Part shown: piece after piece, positions 49,575 through 59,887 of the stretch
Layout of the letters: each line of letters starts with the position of its first letter
How positions within the stretch are numbered: position 1 is the first letter of the stretch
NCBI GenBank assembly: GCA_938034445.1
Contig: CALHLD010000004.1
Coordinates: 64,067 to 128,066 of the forward strand
Origin: an uncultured archaeon
GTDB taxonomy: Archaea > Thermoproteota > Nitrososphaeria > JACIWG01
Reading direction: 5' to 3'
DNA: 64,000 bases
Made by a program: the position numbers and the translations under genes
Notes under the pieces: generated by a model
Seen by the model: only the letters and a program-made list of their open reading frames with translations
Databases searched by the model: none
What the model was told of the DNA's origin: nothing

Positions 49575-51545
49575 ATGGCAAAAATATTTCACACACTGGT
49601 TTCTGTTGAAGAGGCCGCTAAAATTATTGAAAACAGGGTTCAAATTAGCCCTGTTGGCGAAGAATATGTTAGCCTATTCGAAGCATGGGGCCGTATTATA
49701 TCACAGGACCTGCTATCGGAAATTGATTCACCACCCTTTGACAGATCTGAAGTTGACGGCTATGCTGTACTATCCACGGACACGTTCGGTGCCGAAGAAG
49801 ATAATCCAAAAATATTAAACCTTGTCGGCTCATCTGAAGTTGGTACTCTACCTAAAAAGGATATTAAAGTAGGAGAATGTATGAGGATCGCGACCGGCGC
49901 ACCTATACCAAAGGGTGCTGACGCTGTAGTCATGGTAGAATATACTAAGGAAGTTGGAGGAAAAGTTTACATCTATCGTCCAGTAGTGCCTGGAGAAAAT
50001 GTTTCTCAGGCAGGCTCCGATTATGTTATTGGAGACATTTTCCTAAAGAAGGGTACAGTATTGACTGGGAGGGAAATCGCCTCACTTGCTGCCTTAGGCT
50101 ATAATAGGGTTCCAGTTTTCAAAAAACCTAAGGTGGCACTATTTTCTTCAGGTAACGAGCTTACACTTCCGGGAAATCCTCTTGAACCTGGAAAGATCTA
50201 TGACGCGAATGGTCCAGCAATATTTTCTATGATAAAAGAATGTGGTTGTGAACCAAAATTTATGGGCATTCTGCCTGATACATTCGAGAGAATGTATTAT
50301 GTGCTCAAAGGTGTGCTGGAAGATTTTGACGTTATAATAACTTCTGGAAGTACTTCTGCGGGGCTAGGTGATCTAATGTACAAGGTTTTTGACTCTCTAG
50401 GTTCTCCAGGAGTAATTGTTCACGGACTAAAGGTGAAGCCTGGGAAACCTACAATTATAGCCGTTATTGGAGAAAAACTTGTTATCGGTCTTCCCGGATT
50501 CCCTGTCTCAGCTTCCATGATATTTACTATACTGGTTAAGCCAGTTTTGATGAAGATGGCTGGCTTTGATAGAATAGAATTGCGTAAAGTTGATGCTATT
50601 GTTCCATTTAAAATTACAACTGGTAGAGGTCGACGTACCCTAATACCAGTTAGTCTTGTTGAAAGTGGTGGTAGACTTATCGCCTACCCTACGCCAGGGT
50701 CTTCTGGTACTGTTTCAACATTAAATTATAGTGAAGGTTTTATTGATGTGCCAGAAAATGTCGAATTTATTGAAGAAAATGAGAAGGTTGAAGTTAAACT
50801 TTTTTCAGAAAAAATATCTGTTCCAGACCTTGTGTTCATAGGAAGCCATTGTCCCGCAATAGACTTCATACTATCTATGTTTAAGAGAAAGTGTGCAACT
50901 AAGATAATAAATTTGGGTTCGATGGGTGGATTAAATGCTATTAAGAGAAGAGAAGCTGACATATGTGGTGTACATTTGCTTGACGAAGAAAAGATGGAAT
51001 ACAATTTTCCATTTATAGAAAAATTTTCTTTAAAAGGAAAGGCTGTTCTAGTTAAGGGATACAAGCGTAGACAGGGTATTGTAACTTTAAAAGATAACCC
51101 GAAAAACATATCCTCAGTAGAAGATATTTTAAGGAATGATGTGCAAATAGTTAACAGAAATAAGGGTTCCGGTACAAGGACATACTTTGATCATCTACTA
51201 AAGCAAGTTGCAGAAAAGAATAATGAAGACTTACAAACTTTAGTTAAAAGGATAAGAGGCTACACTTATGAGGCAAAAACGCATTCTGCTGTCGCATTAG
51301 CTGTACTGCAGGGGCGCGCTGATTTTGGAATATGCATAGAATACTATGCAAGAAAGTATGGATTGAACTTCATACCTCTTGTCGACGAGGAATATGATTT
51401 CATAATATTAAAGGATCGTCTTGAAAAAACGTATATTAAAGAATTTATACAAGTTTTAAACTCTGACGAATTTAAAACAAAGCTTTCAGAAACATTTCAA
51501 GGATACCATGCTGGCTCGGGCACTGGAAAAATTTTAGAACCTTAA
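49575..51545 (+). CDS. moeA: MoeA fused to a PBP (LysR substrate-binding-like) domain
   Basis: RSEVDGYA, KPGKP; C-terminal GSH, GSMGG, NRNKGSGTR. Confidence 0.93.
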   Translation: MAKIFHTLVSVEEAAKIIENRVQISPVGEEYVSLFEAWGRIISQDLLSEIDSPPFDRSEVDGYAVLSTDTFGAEEDNPKILNLVGSSEVGTLPKKDIKVGECMRIATGAPIPKGADAVVMVEYTKEVGGKVYIYRPVVPGENVSQAGSDYVIGDIFLKKGTVLTGREIASLAALGYNRVPVFKKPKVALFSSGNELTLPGNPLEPGKIYDANGPAIFSMIKECGCEPKFMGILPDTFERMYYVLKGVLEDFDVIITSGSTSAGLGDLMYKVFDSLGSPGVIVHGLKVKPGKPTIIAVIGEKLVIGLPGFPVSASMIFTILVKPVLMKMAGFDRIELRKVDAIVPFKITTGRGRRTLIPVSLVESGGRLIAYPTPGSSGTVSTLNYSEGFIDVPENVEFIEENEKVEVKLFSEKISVPDLVFIGSHCPAIDFILSMFKRKCATKIINLGSMGGLNAIKRREADICGVHLLDEEKMEYNFPFIEKFSLKGKAVLVKGYKRRQGIVTLKDNPKNISSVEDILRNDVQIVNRNKGSGTRTYFDHLLKQVAEKNNEDLQTLVKRIRGYTYEAKTHSAVALAVLQGRADFGICIEYYARKYGLNFIPLVDEEYDFIILKDRLEKTYIKEFIQVLNSDEFKTKLSETFQGYHAGSGTGKILEP

Positions 51546-51555
51546 AATAAACCTA

Positions 51556-52314
51556 CTACTTTTTACCGACAATATAAAAGATTCCAACAAATATTCCAAC
51601 AAGAATCAACAGTATTTTTAAGTTTAATCCGATTAAGAAATTCGGTATGGCTATCATTAAAAAACTTGTTGCATCAAATGCTCCATGAAGTAATGCTGGT
51701 ACTATGAGGTTTCCGTCAGACTTATGGTATGCTCCACACATTCCAATACTGAACATCATTAGCTGAGTAAACTGTATTAATGCTATGTTTCCAAAAATTA
51801 GGTAATAGTAAAAATGTATTATGGTAAAGATAAACGATGATATGAATGCAGGATATATCCAGTGAAATTTTCCTAAAATTTTTTTAAGTGCACCGAACAT
51901 GAATCCTCTAAAAAGAAATTCTTCAAAAGGACCTACTATTGTAAATGAAAAGAATATCATATACCATGCAAAATCGGGTGAAATGTTAAGAAGTGGGTTA
52001 GGTCTATTTATAATCTGCTGACTGTTTGGGTCTAAGGCAAAGATTGTTATAATCAAGATAAATGCTAAAGCAAAACCTGCTGCAGAAAAGATTCCAAAGT
52101 ATCCAAGCCCATACTTTATAGCTGTCCTCATATTCTTGTAAGCTTTTAAAATTATTCGTTTTCCATCGAGCAAGAGTATAGCTGTTGAAGGTATAATGTA
52201 GACTAAAATTATCTGATGTAAAAAGTCTTTAACATTAAAGATATATTGTGAAGTAATACATAGAACTATAACAGCTGTTCCAATTAAATATTTTATAATA
52301 TCTATTTTAGCCAT
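51556..52314 (-). CDS. CPBP family intramembrane protease
   Basis: EEFLFRG, FTIIH, HGAFD. Confidence 0.87.
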   Translation of the reverse strand: MAKIDIIKYLIGTAVIVLCITSQYIFNVKDFLHQIILVYIIPSTAILLLDGKRIILKAYKNMRTAIKYGLGYFGIFSAAGFALAFILIITIFALDPNSQQIINRPNPLLNISPDFAWYMIFFSFTIVGPFEEFLFRGFMFGALKKILGKFHWIYPAFISSFIFTIIHFYYYLIFGNIALIQFTQLMMFSIGMCGAYHKSDGNLIVPALLHGAFDATSFLMIAIPNFLIGLNLKILLILVGIFVGIFYIVGKK

Positions 52315-52376
52315 CCACTTTTCTCATCCCTAATATCAGGTACTAATTTGTTTTAAAAAAATTTTGAGGGAATACC

Positions 52377-52988
52377 TTAGAGTATTGCAATAGCTCTTAC
52401 TGGTGAAGAGTCTAATCCATAAATTTTTAAAGGAAGACCGATATATATGAAACGTTTTCCTGCAACTTTATCCAAGTTTGAAAGCATTTCTATAATAGGA
52501 ATGTTCTTTTCCAAAAAATATTTGTGTGAAGCCATAAGCTCATAAGATTCTTCTAGGTTGATTGTATTGTCTATACCAAGCATTTTAATGCGATAACTTA
52601 ACCATTCAGCTGCCTCCTTAGAAATATATGGTGCTTCTTCCCCCATTATGCCTGAATGAAGTAGTACAATATCACCTTCTTTAACATGCCTTTCTAAATC
52701 TTCCACAAGAATTGCTTCACGAGCTTTTTTATATCGCAAATCAATGCATACTGCTTCTCCATAAAATTTTCTTATATCTAAGGCCGTTATATCTGGCAAA
52801 TTTGGTTTAAAGTGGGAAGGTGCCTCAACATGTGAACCCAAATGGCTCATCATATCAACATCGTGCATAATCGTCTTATCCAGTTCAGCTATGAATGGTC
52901 TTATTGTAAGTCTTCTCTTCTCTTTTCCTGGAACAAGTAATGGTGAAAGGTCTACAACTTCCCTATTTTCTAAAACATTATACTCCAT
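52377..52988 (-). CDS. Cyclase / kynurenine formamidase family metallohydrolase
   Basis: HLGSHVEAPSH, GID, IIE.L, SSPVRA. Confidence 0.85.
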   Translation of the reverse strand: MEYNVLENREVVDLSPLLVPGKEKRRLTIRPFIAELDKTIMHDVDMMSHLGSHVEAPSHFKPNLPDITALDIRKFYGEAVCIDLRYKKAREAILVEDLERHVKEGDIVLLHSGIMGEEAPYISKEAAEWLSYRIKMLGIDNTINLEESYELMASHKYFLEKNIPIIEMLSNLDKVAGKRFIYIGLPLKIYGLDSSPVRAIAIL

Positions 52989-53085
52989 CCTTTACCCGCA
53001 AGCATTAAACATGTTTTTTATAAAAATTTTGTACATCTTGGGTAAACAATATAAACTATTGTTTTTAAGCAGTTGGTGATATAAA

Positions 53086-53622
53086 TTGATAGAAATTAGA
53101 TGGCATGGTAGAGGCGGCCAAGGTGCTGTAACTGCCTCCGAATTACTTGCTAATGCAGTAGTAAGGGTTGGTAAATTTGCACAATCTTTTCCAGCATTTG
53201 GGCCTGAAAGGAGAGGTGCTCCAGTATTGGCTTTCACAAGAATAGATGACAAACCTATCGAGATAAGGTGGCAGATCACTGAACCAGATGTTGTGGTAGT
53301 ACTTGACTTCTCGCTTCTTTCGGTTGTAAATGTAGTGTCCGGTCTAAAAAAGGATGGCTTTGTTGTATTGAATACTTCAAAGGATTCATCGGAGATAAGG
53401 TCTATGTTTCCAGGATATAAGGTTGCTAAAGTTGATGCGACATCTATTGCTTTGAAGAATCTTGGTGCACCGATAACTAACACCTCAATGTTAGGCGCAC
53501 TCCTTAAAGCTGTCCCTATCGTACCCTTTGATGTTATGGTGAAGGTTGTTGAAGAAAGGTTTGATCCAAGAAACTCTAATTCCCTTAAGGAAACTTACGA
53601 GAAAACGGAGGTGCTTGTTTGA
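53086..53622 (+). CDS. porC: Pyruvate/2-oxoacid:ferredoxin oxidoreductase gamma subunit
   Basis: HGRGGQG, FGPERRGAP. Confidence 0.92.
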   Translation: MIEIRWHGRGGQGAVTASELLANAVVRVGKFAQSFPAFGPERRGAPVLAFTRIDDKPIEIRWQITEPDVVVVLDFSLLSVVNVVSGLKKDGFVVLNTSKDSSEIRSMFPGYKVAKVDATSIALKNLGAPITNTSMLGALLKAVPIVPFDVMVKVVEERFDPRNSNSLKETYEKTEVLV

Positions 53623-53897
53623 TGCCTAAAAAGGTTTCTGAAATGGAAGAAGGTTTTATAATGACAACTCCAAGAAGTAGTATGCAAACTAAAACTGGTT
53701 CATGGCGTGCATTTAAACCAGTAATAGATTATAACAAATGCATATCTTGTGCAATTTGCTGGAGCTACTGTCCTGAACCAGCCATATTCCTTAAGGATGG
53801 CAAATATACTGTCGACTACGAATACTGTAAGGGTTGTGGAATATGTGCTGCCGAATGTCCTGTAAAGGCTATAACAATGGTAAGGGAGAGTGATTAG
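53619..53897 (+). CDS. porD: Pyruvate/2-oxoacid:ferredoxin oxidoreductase delta subunit
   Basis: TGSWR, two CxxCxxCxxxCP motifs. Confidence 0.92.
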   Translation: MMPKKVSEMEEGFIMTTPRSSMQTKTGSWRAFKPVIDYNKCISCAICWSYCPEPAIFLKDGKYTVDYEYCKGCGICAAECPVKAITMVRESD

Positions 53898-55074
53898 AAT
53901 GAAGACCATACTATTATCAGGTAATACCGCACTATCTTATGCTGTAAAACAGCTTGATGTTGACGTTATCTCAGCATATCCAATAACACCGCAGACAACA
54001 ATGGTTGAAAAGCTTTCAGAATATGTTGCTAACGGTGAACTTGATGCAGAATTTATTCCAGTGGAATCAGAACATTCTGCACTCTCATCTGTGCTCGCCG
54101 CTTCAGCTGCAGGTGCAAGGGTCTTTACATCAACTAGTTCTCAAGGGCTTCTGTTAATGCATGAAATAATGTTCATAACAGCCGGTCTACGTCTTCCAGT
54201 TGTTATGGGTATAGCTGACAGGGCTGTTTCCGCACCAATAAATATTTGGAACGACCACAGCGATATTATGGCTCAAAGGGATGCGGGTTGGATAAGCTTT
54301 TTTGCAGAATCAGCTCAAGAATCATATGATAGGACAATTCAAGCTTATAGGATTGCTGAAGATGAAAACGTACATTTGCCTGTAAACTTGAACTTCGACG
54401 GCTTCATATTAACCCATACATACGAGCCTGTCACACCAATCGATGACGAATTGGTCTTAAAGTACGCTCCTAAAAGAAGGAGAAAACTTGTTCTAGACCC
54501 AAATAATCCAATGACCTTTGGTGGTCTCGGTTCACCTGAATACTATTTTGAGGCAAAATATCAGGCAATTAAGGCTCTAGAAGGCTCTCTGAAAACAATA
54601 ATTGAAGCCGACAAGGAATATGAGAGAATAAGTGGTAGGGGCTATGGACTATACAATGCATACATGACCGAAGGCTCTGACACAATACTTGTCTCACTCG
54701 GCTCTGTAGGCGGTTCGATAAGGGAGATTGTTAGAAGGATGAGAGGGGAAGGCGCTAAGGTTGGTTCACTAAGCTTAAAACTATTTAGACCTTTCCCAGC
54801 AAAAGAATTGGCTGAAGTGCTTTCAAAAACAAAGTGTGTTGTAGTGCTCGACAAGGCTTCCTCTCCTGGAACTATTGGGGGCCCATTGTTCTTAGAAGTA
54901 CAGGCGACACTAAAATCGTTTGACATAAATGTTCCAGCAATAAATATAATTGCAGGTCTTGGTGGCAGAGAAATCGGTCCAGATGATATAAGGTTAATGT
55001 TCAGAAAGGGTTTAAAGGTTGTCTCTGACAAAAAGGTTGATAAACTGTTAGATTATGTGGGGGTGTATCTGTAG
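53890..55074 (+). CDS. porA: Pyruvate/2-oxoacid:ferredoxin oxidoreductase alpha subunit
   Basis: AYPITPQT, ESEH, TSSQGL. Confidence 0.93.
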   Translation: MIRMKTILLSGNTALSYAVKQLDVDVISAYPITPQTTMVEKLSEYVANGELDAEFIPVESEHSALSSVLAASAAGARVFTSTSSQGLLLMHEIMFITAGLRLPVVMGIADRAVSAPINIWNDHSDIMAQRDAGWISFFAESAQESYDRTIQAYRIAEDENVHLPVNLNFDGFILTHTYEPVTPIDDELVLKYAPKRRRKLVLDPNNPMTFGGLGSPEYYFEAKYQAIKALEGSLKTIIEADKEYERISGRGYGLYNAYMTEGSDTILVSLGSVGGSIREIVRRMRGEGAKVGSLSLKLFRPFPAKELAEVLSKTKCVVVLDKASSPGTIGGPLFLEVQATLKSFDINVPAINIIAGLGGREIGPDDIRLMFRKGLKVVSDKKVDKLLDYVGVYL

Positions 55075-55995
55075 ATGCCATATAAGACATTAAAGGATTT
55101 GCCAGTTGAGGAATACTTTGGCCCAGGCCATAGACTGTGCCAAGGATGTGGTGCCGGTATAATAGCAAGGCTTGTGACAAAAGTTGCTGGAGCAAATACA
55201 ATAATAGTAAATGCTACAGGTTGTGTGGAAGTTTCAACCACATTCTATCCTGACACGGCATGGGGTCTACCATATATTCATGTTGCTTTCGAAAACTCTG
55301 CTGCAGTCGCATCCGGAGTTAGGGCTGCATATAATGCGATGGTTCGCAAGGGTATTGTAGACAAAAATCCTAACGTTATCGTTCTGGCAGGCGATGGTGG
55401 TACAGCGGACATCGGTATACAATCTTTGAGTGGCGCTCTAGAAAGAGGAGACCATATACTCTACATATGCTATGACAACGAAGCATACATGAATACTGGT
55501 ATCCAGAGGAGTGGTGCAACACCTTATGGAGCTTGGACAACGACTTCTCCACCAGGAAAGCTTAGCCCAGGACAGAAAACTACCAAGAAGGACCTGGTTG
55601 AAATCGCCGTCGCCCACGGTATAAAGTATGCTGCAACAGCCACAGTAGCATATCTTATTGATGCTGCAAACAAGATAGAAAAAGCTCTAAATACACCAGG
55701 TGCAACGTTCATGCATTTCCTAAGTCCATGCACTCCAGGTTGGAGAATCGATACCGCAAACACTATTAAGGTAAGCCGTTTGGCGGTGCAAACGGCCCTT
55801 TGGCCACTGTATGAAGTTGTAGACGGAGAATATATTACGACAGTAAAGGTTCCTAAAAGGTTACCGGTAATCGAGTATCTGAAGATTCAGGGTAGATTCC
55901 GTCATCTATTAAATAAGCCGGAGGAAGTTGCAAAGATACAAGCCTATGCAGATAAGCTTGCAGAAAAATTCGGTTATGGTCCGATATCACCCTAA
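55075..55995 (+). CDS. porB: Pyruvate/2-oxoacid:ferredoxin oxidoreductase beta subunit
   Basis: CQGCG, GDGG, DNEAYMNTG, SPC..GW. Confidence 0.93.
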   Translation: MPYKTLKDLPVEEYFGPGHRLCQGCGAGIIARLVTKVAGANTIIVNATGCVEVSTTFYPDTAWGLPYIHVAFENSAAVASGVRAAYNAMVRKGIVDKNPNVIVLAGDGGTADIGIQSLSGALERGDHILYICYDNEAYMNTGIQRSGATPYGAWTTTSPPGKLSPGQKTTKKDLVEIAVAHGIKYAATATVAYLIDAANKIEKALNTPGATFMHFLSPCTPGWRIDTANTIKVSRLAVQTALWPLYEVVDGEYITTVKVPKRLPVIEYLKIQGRFRHLLNKPEEVAKIQAYADKLAEKFGYGPISP

Positions 55996-56051
55996 ATTTT
56001 CTTCCTAATCTTTTTTAAAACTTATCTAATATTTTTTGTAATGGAAGTTGA

Positions 56052-57389
56052 ATGGAAGCAAACCTTCTTCTAATGTCTAAAGATGATATAGTAAAAGGGC
56101 TTTTAGAAGGCAAATTATCTATTTCAGTTCATGGTTTCGGATATGTTGGTGCCTCTATAGCCTCAGTATTTTTGAGGAGAGGCTGTCTTGTTGTAGCACA
56201 TGATGTTAAGAAGGATATTGTTGAAAAAATAAATTATGGTACATGGAACTTTAAGGATGATCTACAGGTTTATGAGACAATAAAAAAGGCTATTTTGGAA
56301 AAGAAGATTTCTGCTACAACAGACTATAAAGTTTCAGTTGAAAGGACCAATTTTCACATTATAGCAGTACCGGTTTCTGTAAAGGGAAGGGGGGGTAAAA
56401 TTTTTGTTGACTACACGCATATTGTTGAAGCATGTGAAATGATCGGTTGCTATTTGAAAAGAGGCGACGCTATAGTAATAGAAACGACCTTACCCCCTGG
56501 AACTACTGAAGGTATGCTTAGAAATATTTTGGAGGATAAAAGTAGGATGTTTGCTGAAAAAGACTTTGCACTAATATATAGTCCAGAAAGAATATTTGTA
56601 GGCAGGGCTATACAGGATATTGAATCAAATTATCCGAAAATAGTTGCAGGGTTTGGTGAAAAAAGTCTTAGAGTTGGTGAAGCACTTTATTCACTGGTTG
56701 CGGGAAAAGGTGTTATATGCATGTCCTCAATAAAGGCGGCTGAAGCTGAAAAAGTTTTTGAAGGTGTGTATAGAGATGTTAACATTGCACTCGCAAATGA
56801 GCTTGAAAGCTACTGTGAAAAAGAAGGTTTAAATTTTCATGAAATAGTGTATGCTGCGAACACTCAACCGTACTGTCATATACATAAGCCTGGTGTTGGT
56901 GTTGGTGGTGCATGCATTCCAGTATACCCGTACTTCCTATTATCTAAGGACTGTTCCCTTAAAATTGTAAAGACTGCGAGAAAGTTTAATGAGAAAAGAC
57001 CTTATGAAATCGTTGATAGGTCTCTAAAACTGTTTTATAAAAAATTTGGTAAGCCTAAAAAAATTAATGTAGCAATATTGGGTTTATCCTTCAGAGGCGA
57101 TATTGCTGATAATAGATTTTCTCCAACAATATCTTTAGCTAAACTCTTTCATAAAAGAGGCTGTAATGTCATAGTCCATGACCCATACGATTATAGTCGT
57201 ACTGGCCTACCTAACCAGGTACACTTTACTAAAAATTTGGAGGAAGCTTTGAGAGGCTCTAATATAGTAGTTATCGCTGCAGACCATAGTATTTATAAAG
57301 AACTTGATCATAATGTTTTAATGAAATTGTGTGCAAAAGAGCATTTGATAGTTGACCCAAAAGGTGTTGTTCAATTGAATAAATTTTAA
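56052..57389 (+). CDS. Nucleotide-sugar dehydrogenase (WecC / UDP-glucose dehydrogenase family)
   Basis: GFGYVG, SPER, RDVNIALANE, GVGGACIP. Confidence 0.9.
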   Translation: MEANLLLMSKDDIVKGLLEGKLSISVHGFGYVGASIASVFLRRGCLVVAHDVKKDIVEKINYGTWNFKDDLQVYETIKKAILEKKISATTDYKVSVERTNFHIIAVPVSVKGRGGKIFVDYTHIVEACEMIGCYLKRGDAIVIETTLPPGTTEGMLRNILEDKSRMFAEKDFALIYSPERIFVGRAIQDIESNYPKIVAGFGEKSLRVGEALYSLVAGKGVICMSSIKAAEAEKVFEGVYRDVNIALANELESYCEKEGLNFHEIVYAANTQPYCHIHKPGVGVGGACIPVYPYFLLSKDCSLKIVKTARKFNEKRPYEIVDRSLKLFYKKFGKPKKINVAILGLSFRGDIADNRFSPTISLAKLFHKRGCNVIVHDPYDYSRTGLPNQVHFTKNLEEALRGSNIVVIAADHSIYKELDHNVLMKLCAKEHLIVDPKGVVQLNKF

Positions 57390-57413
57390 TAAAAGAATTT
57401 TATTGAGAGTGAT

Positions 57414-58226
57414 GTGATGGGTTTCGACATCTACATTGTTAAAGTTGGCACGTCAGTGCTCTCAGATGGAAGGGGAATAAGCGAGGAAGCTATTAAAAAT
57501 ATTTCTTACCAGATATGTGATCTTATCGATGAAAAGAGAAGGTTTATTCTGGTTTCCTCTGGCGCTATACTTTCCGGTATCACTGTGCTAGGACTAAATA
57601 CTACCCCTCAAAAGTTGAAGTTAACAGAAAAACAGGTTTGCGCGTCAATTGGTCAACCCTATCTTATGAGCTTGTATGAAAAATATTTTAGGGAGAAAGG
57701 TGTAGTTACTGCACAGATACTTTTAACGGAAGAAGATCTTGCAAACAAGATTACATATAAAAATGTGTGGCGTACAATGAAGGCGCTACTGGAACGTAAT
57801 GTTGTTCCAATTGTTAATGAAAATGATGCTGTATCAGTTAGGGAGCTTCTTCCTGTAAACCCGTATGTTCCTGATGATGTAAGATTCGGTGATAATGATA
57901 GGCTTTCCGCAATAATAGCGTCTAAGGTAAGGGGAAAGATGCTTATCTTCTTAAGTGATGTTGATGGATATTATGAGATTGCACCAGATGGGTCTAGAAG
58001 GCTTGTGAGGGAAATAAAGGTTCTAAATAATTTGATGATCAAATATGCTAGAGGCCAAGGCGCCCTTGGAAGAGGTGGAATGAAATCAAAGCTTGAAGCT
58101 GCAAAGATTGTTGCAGAAACCGGAATACCTGTTGTTATAGCTAACGGAAGACGCCCAAACATTATCAAAGATATATTAGATGGTGTTGAGGTTGGGACAA
58201 AAATTCTTCCAGTAAAAAAGCCCTAA
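57414..58226 (+). CDS. proB: Glutamate 5-kinase (no PUA domain)
   Basis: VKVGTS, VSSGA, NEND, FGDND, GGMKSK. Confidence 0.93.
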   Translation: MMGFDIYIVKVGTSVLSDGRGISEEAIKNISYQICDLIDEKRRFILVSSGAILSGITVLGLNTTPQKLKLTEKQVCASIGQPYLMSLYEKYFREKGVVTAQILLTEEDLANKITYKNVWRTMKALLERNVVPIVNENDAVSVRELLPVNPYVPDDVRFGDNDRLSAIIASKVRGKMLIFLSDVDGYYEIAPDGSRRLVREIKVLNNLMIKYARGQGALGRGGMKSKLEAAKIVAETGIPVVIANGRRPNIIKDILDGVEVGTKILPVKKP

Positions 58227-58396
58227 TCCTCGATTAAAGCTATATTTTCAGCAAATTTTAAAAATCTTTTCCCTACTAATATTTAAACCCCTTCTACTCT
58301 GAAACTGCCGACTATGACTTAAACACTCATACATACTATTCAAGGCACACTATAAGGTTTATAAAATGGTCTACTCTTAATATACCAGAGAGTCAT

Positions 58397-58627
58397 ATGA
58401 GTGTTGTAAGCGTTAAGGTTAAGAAGGAAATCAAGGATAAGATGATTAAATACAAGGATAGAGTTAACTGGGCACAGGAGTTTAGAAGGTTTATCGAGGA
58501 AAAGATTAGACAGCTTGAGGCTGAGGAAAACTTCAAGAAGCTTATTGAAGCTTTGGAAGGCGCCTCGTGGGGCGTTCCAAAGGGTTTCTCAACAAGGAGT
58601 GTGAGAGAGGACCGTGATAGTGGCTGA
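58397..58627 (+). CDS. vapB: VapB-type antitoxin (RHH/CopG-like)
   Basis: VVSVKV...VNW..E.RRFI, SVREDRD; overlaps the PIN gene. Confidence 0.82.
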   Translation: MSVVSVKVKKEIKDKMIKYKDRVNWAQEFRRFIEEKIRQLEAEENFKKLIEALEGASWGVPKGFSTRSVREDRDSG

Positions 58628-59009
58628 CTCCTCAGCCATCATAGCCTTCTTTCTTCGTGAGGAGGGATGGACTAAATTGTCTAAATATATGGTTACAACC
58701 ATATCCGTAGACCATGTTGTTAAAGAGTTCTACAATGCTGTTTGGAAAGCGGTGAACATTAAGAGAGTAAATTTTGAAGAAGTTCCACGTGTTTTAACAT
58801 TGTTCAAGGACTATGTTAAAAGGAACATGGAGCTTAGGAGGGAAGAGGAGTATGTGGATAAAGCGTTAGAAATAGCGTTAGAAAACGAGATAACAATCTA
58901 CGACGCACTCTATATAGCTTTGGCATTATACGAGAAGGGTCAGCTGCTAACGCTCGACGATAAACAACGCCATATATCTAATAGGCTTGGAATAATGACA
59001 ATACCATAA
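58614..59009 (+). CDS. vapC: VapC PIN-domain toxin
   Basis: VADSS, E..N, IYDALY, LTLD. Confidence 0.9.
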   Translation: MIVADSSAIIAFFLREEGWTKLSKYMVTTISVDHVVKEFYNAVWKAVNIKRVNFEEVPRVLTLFKDYVKRNMELRREEEYVDKALEIALENEITIYDALYIALALYEKGQLLTLDDKQRHISNRLGIMTIP

Positions 59010-59105
59010 AGTGTATGCATATACTTTATGACATCAAGACATATTAACTGGTGTTAAAGTTGAGGCAGGCACCCTTTCGGTAAATAAGCCATTCATCCAC
59101 TAAAG

Positions 59106-59840
59106 CTATATTTCTACAAATTTCAAAAAATATTTCTCTAACTCGTCAATTATAATTTCTAAAAGTTTTTCACCTTTCTCTCTGCTTCCTAAACTTGGGT
59201 TAAGGTCGACACCATCAGGACAAATTTCCTCTTGGTCAAGTATCATGAATTTCAAATACGATGGCCTTGTTCCCCCCTTAGGTATCAAATCTCTTCTAAC
59301 AAGTTCTGGATATATAACTAAAGCTATGGATGTTTCAAATTCGCCAGAATGGCCTGGGCAAGCATCTTCTTCAAGAACTTTTTCCACTAAATCTTTTGGT
59401 ATGAGATCCCAATAGGAGAGGGCTGCAACTTTCATTTTAAGTTCATCTCTAATTCTAAAACCAATTAACCGTAATGCTGGAACATTCCCTCCATGGCCAT
59501 TTAATAGTATTACCTTACATATTCCATGTTTTCTTAAACTTTTGCAAACCTCAAATATTGCATTCATGAATGTTTCGTTTGAAACTGTTAATGTGCCAGG
59601 CCAGTTCATGTGATGGGGTGAAATTCCGACATTTAATGGTGGGGGTGCTAAAATTACTTTTGGGTATACTCTTTCTACAGCTTTTCTAGCAACGTATAGG
59701 ACTGAGGCAAGGTCGTGTTTCATCGGCAGATGTGGTCCATGCTGTTCTATGCTTCCAACAGGTACAACGACTGCCTTAACCTTTTCAAGGACATTTTTGA
59801 ATTCTTCTCTTGTCATCTCATCTAATGAAACTTTATGCAT
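59106..59840 (-). CDS. Creatininase / creatinine amidohydrolase family protein
   Basis: GSIEQHGPHLP..D, NGHGGN, HSGEFETS. Confidence 0.9.
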   Translation of the reverse strand: MHKVSLDEMTREEFKNVLEKVKAVVVPVGSIEQHGPHLPMKHDLASVLYVARKAVERVYPKVILAPPPLNVGISPHHMNWPGTLTVSNETFMNAIFEVCKSLRKHGICKVILLNGHGGNVPALRLIGFRIRDELKMKVAALSYWDLIPKDLVEKVLEEDACPGHSGEFETSIALVIYPELVRRDLIPKGGTRPSYLKFMILDQEEICPDGVDLNPSLGSREKGEKLLEIIIDELEKYFLKFVEI

Positions 59841-59887
59841 ACAATATACTATTGGATTGTGTTTAATAAAAATTTGCTATCGATTTG

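Noticed and set aside
52377-52988. Cyclase motif variant HxGSHxE instead of HxGTHxD
   Set aside because: Conservative change; not enough to infer a new function.
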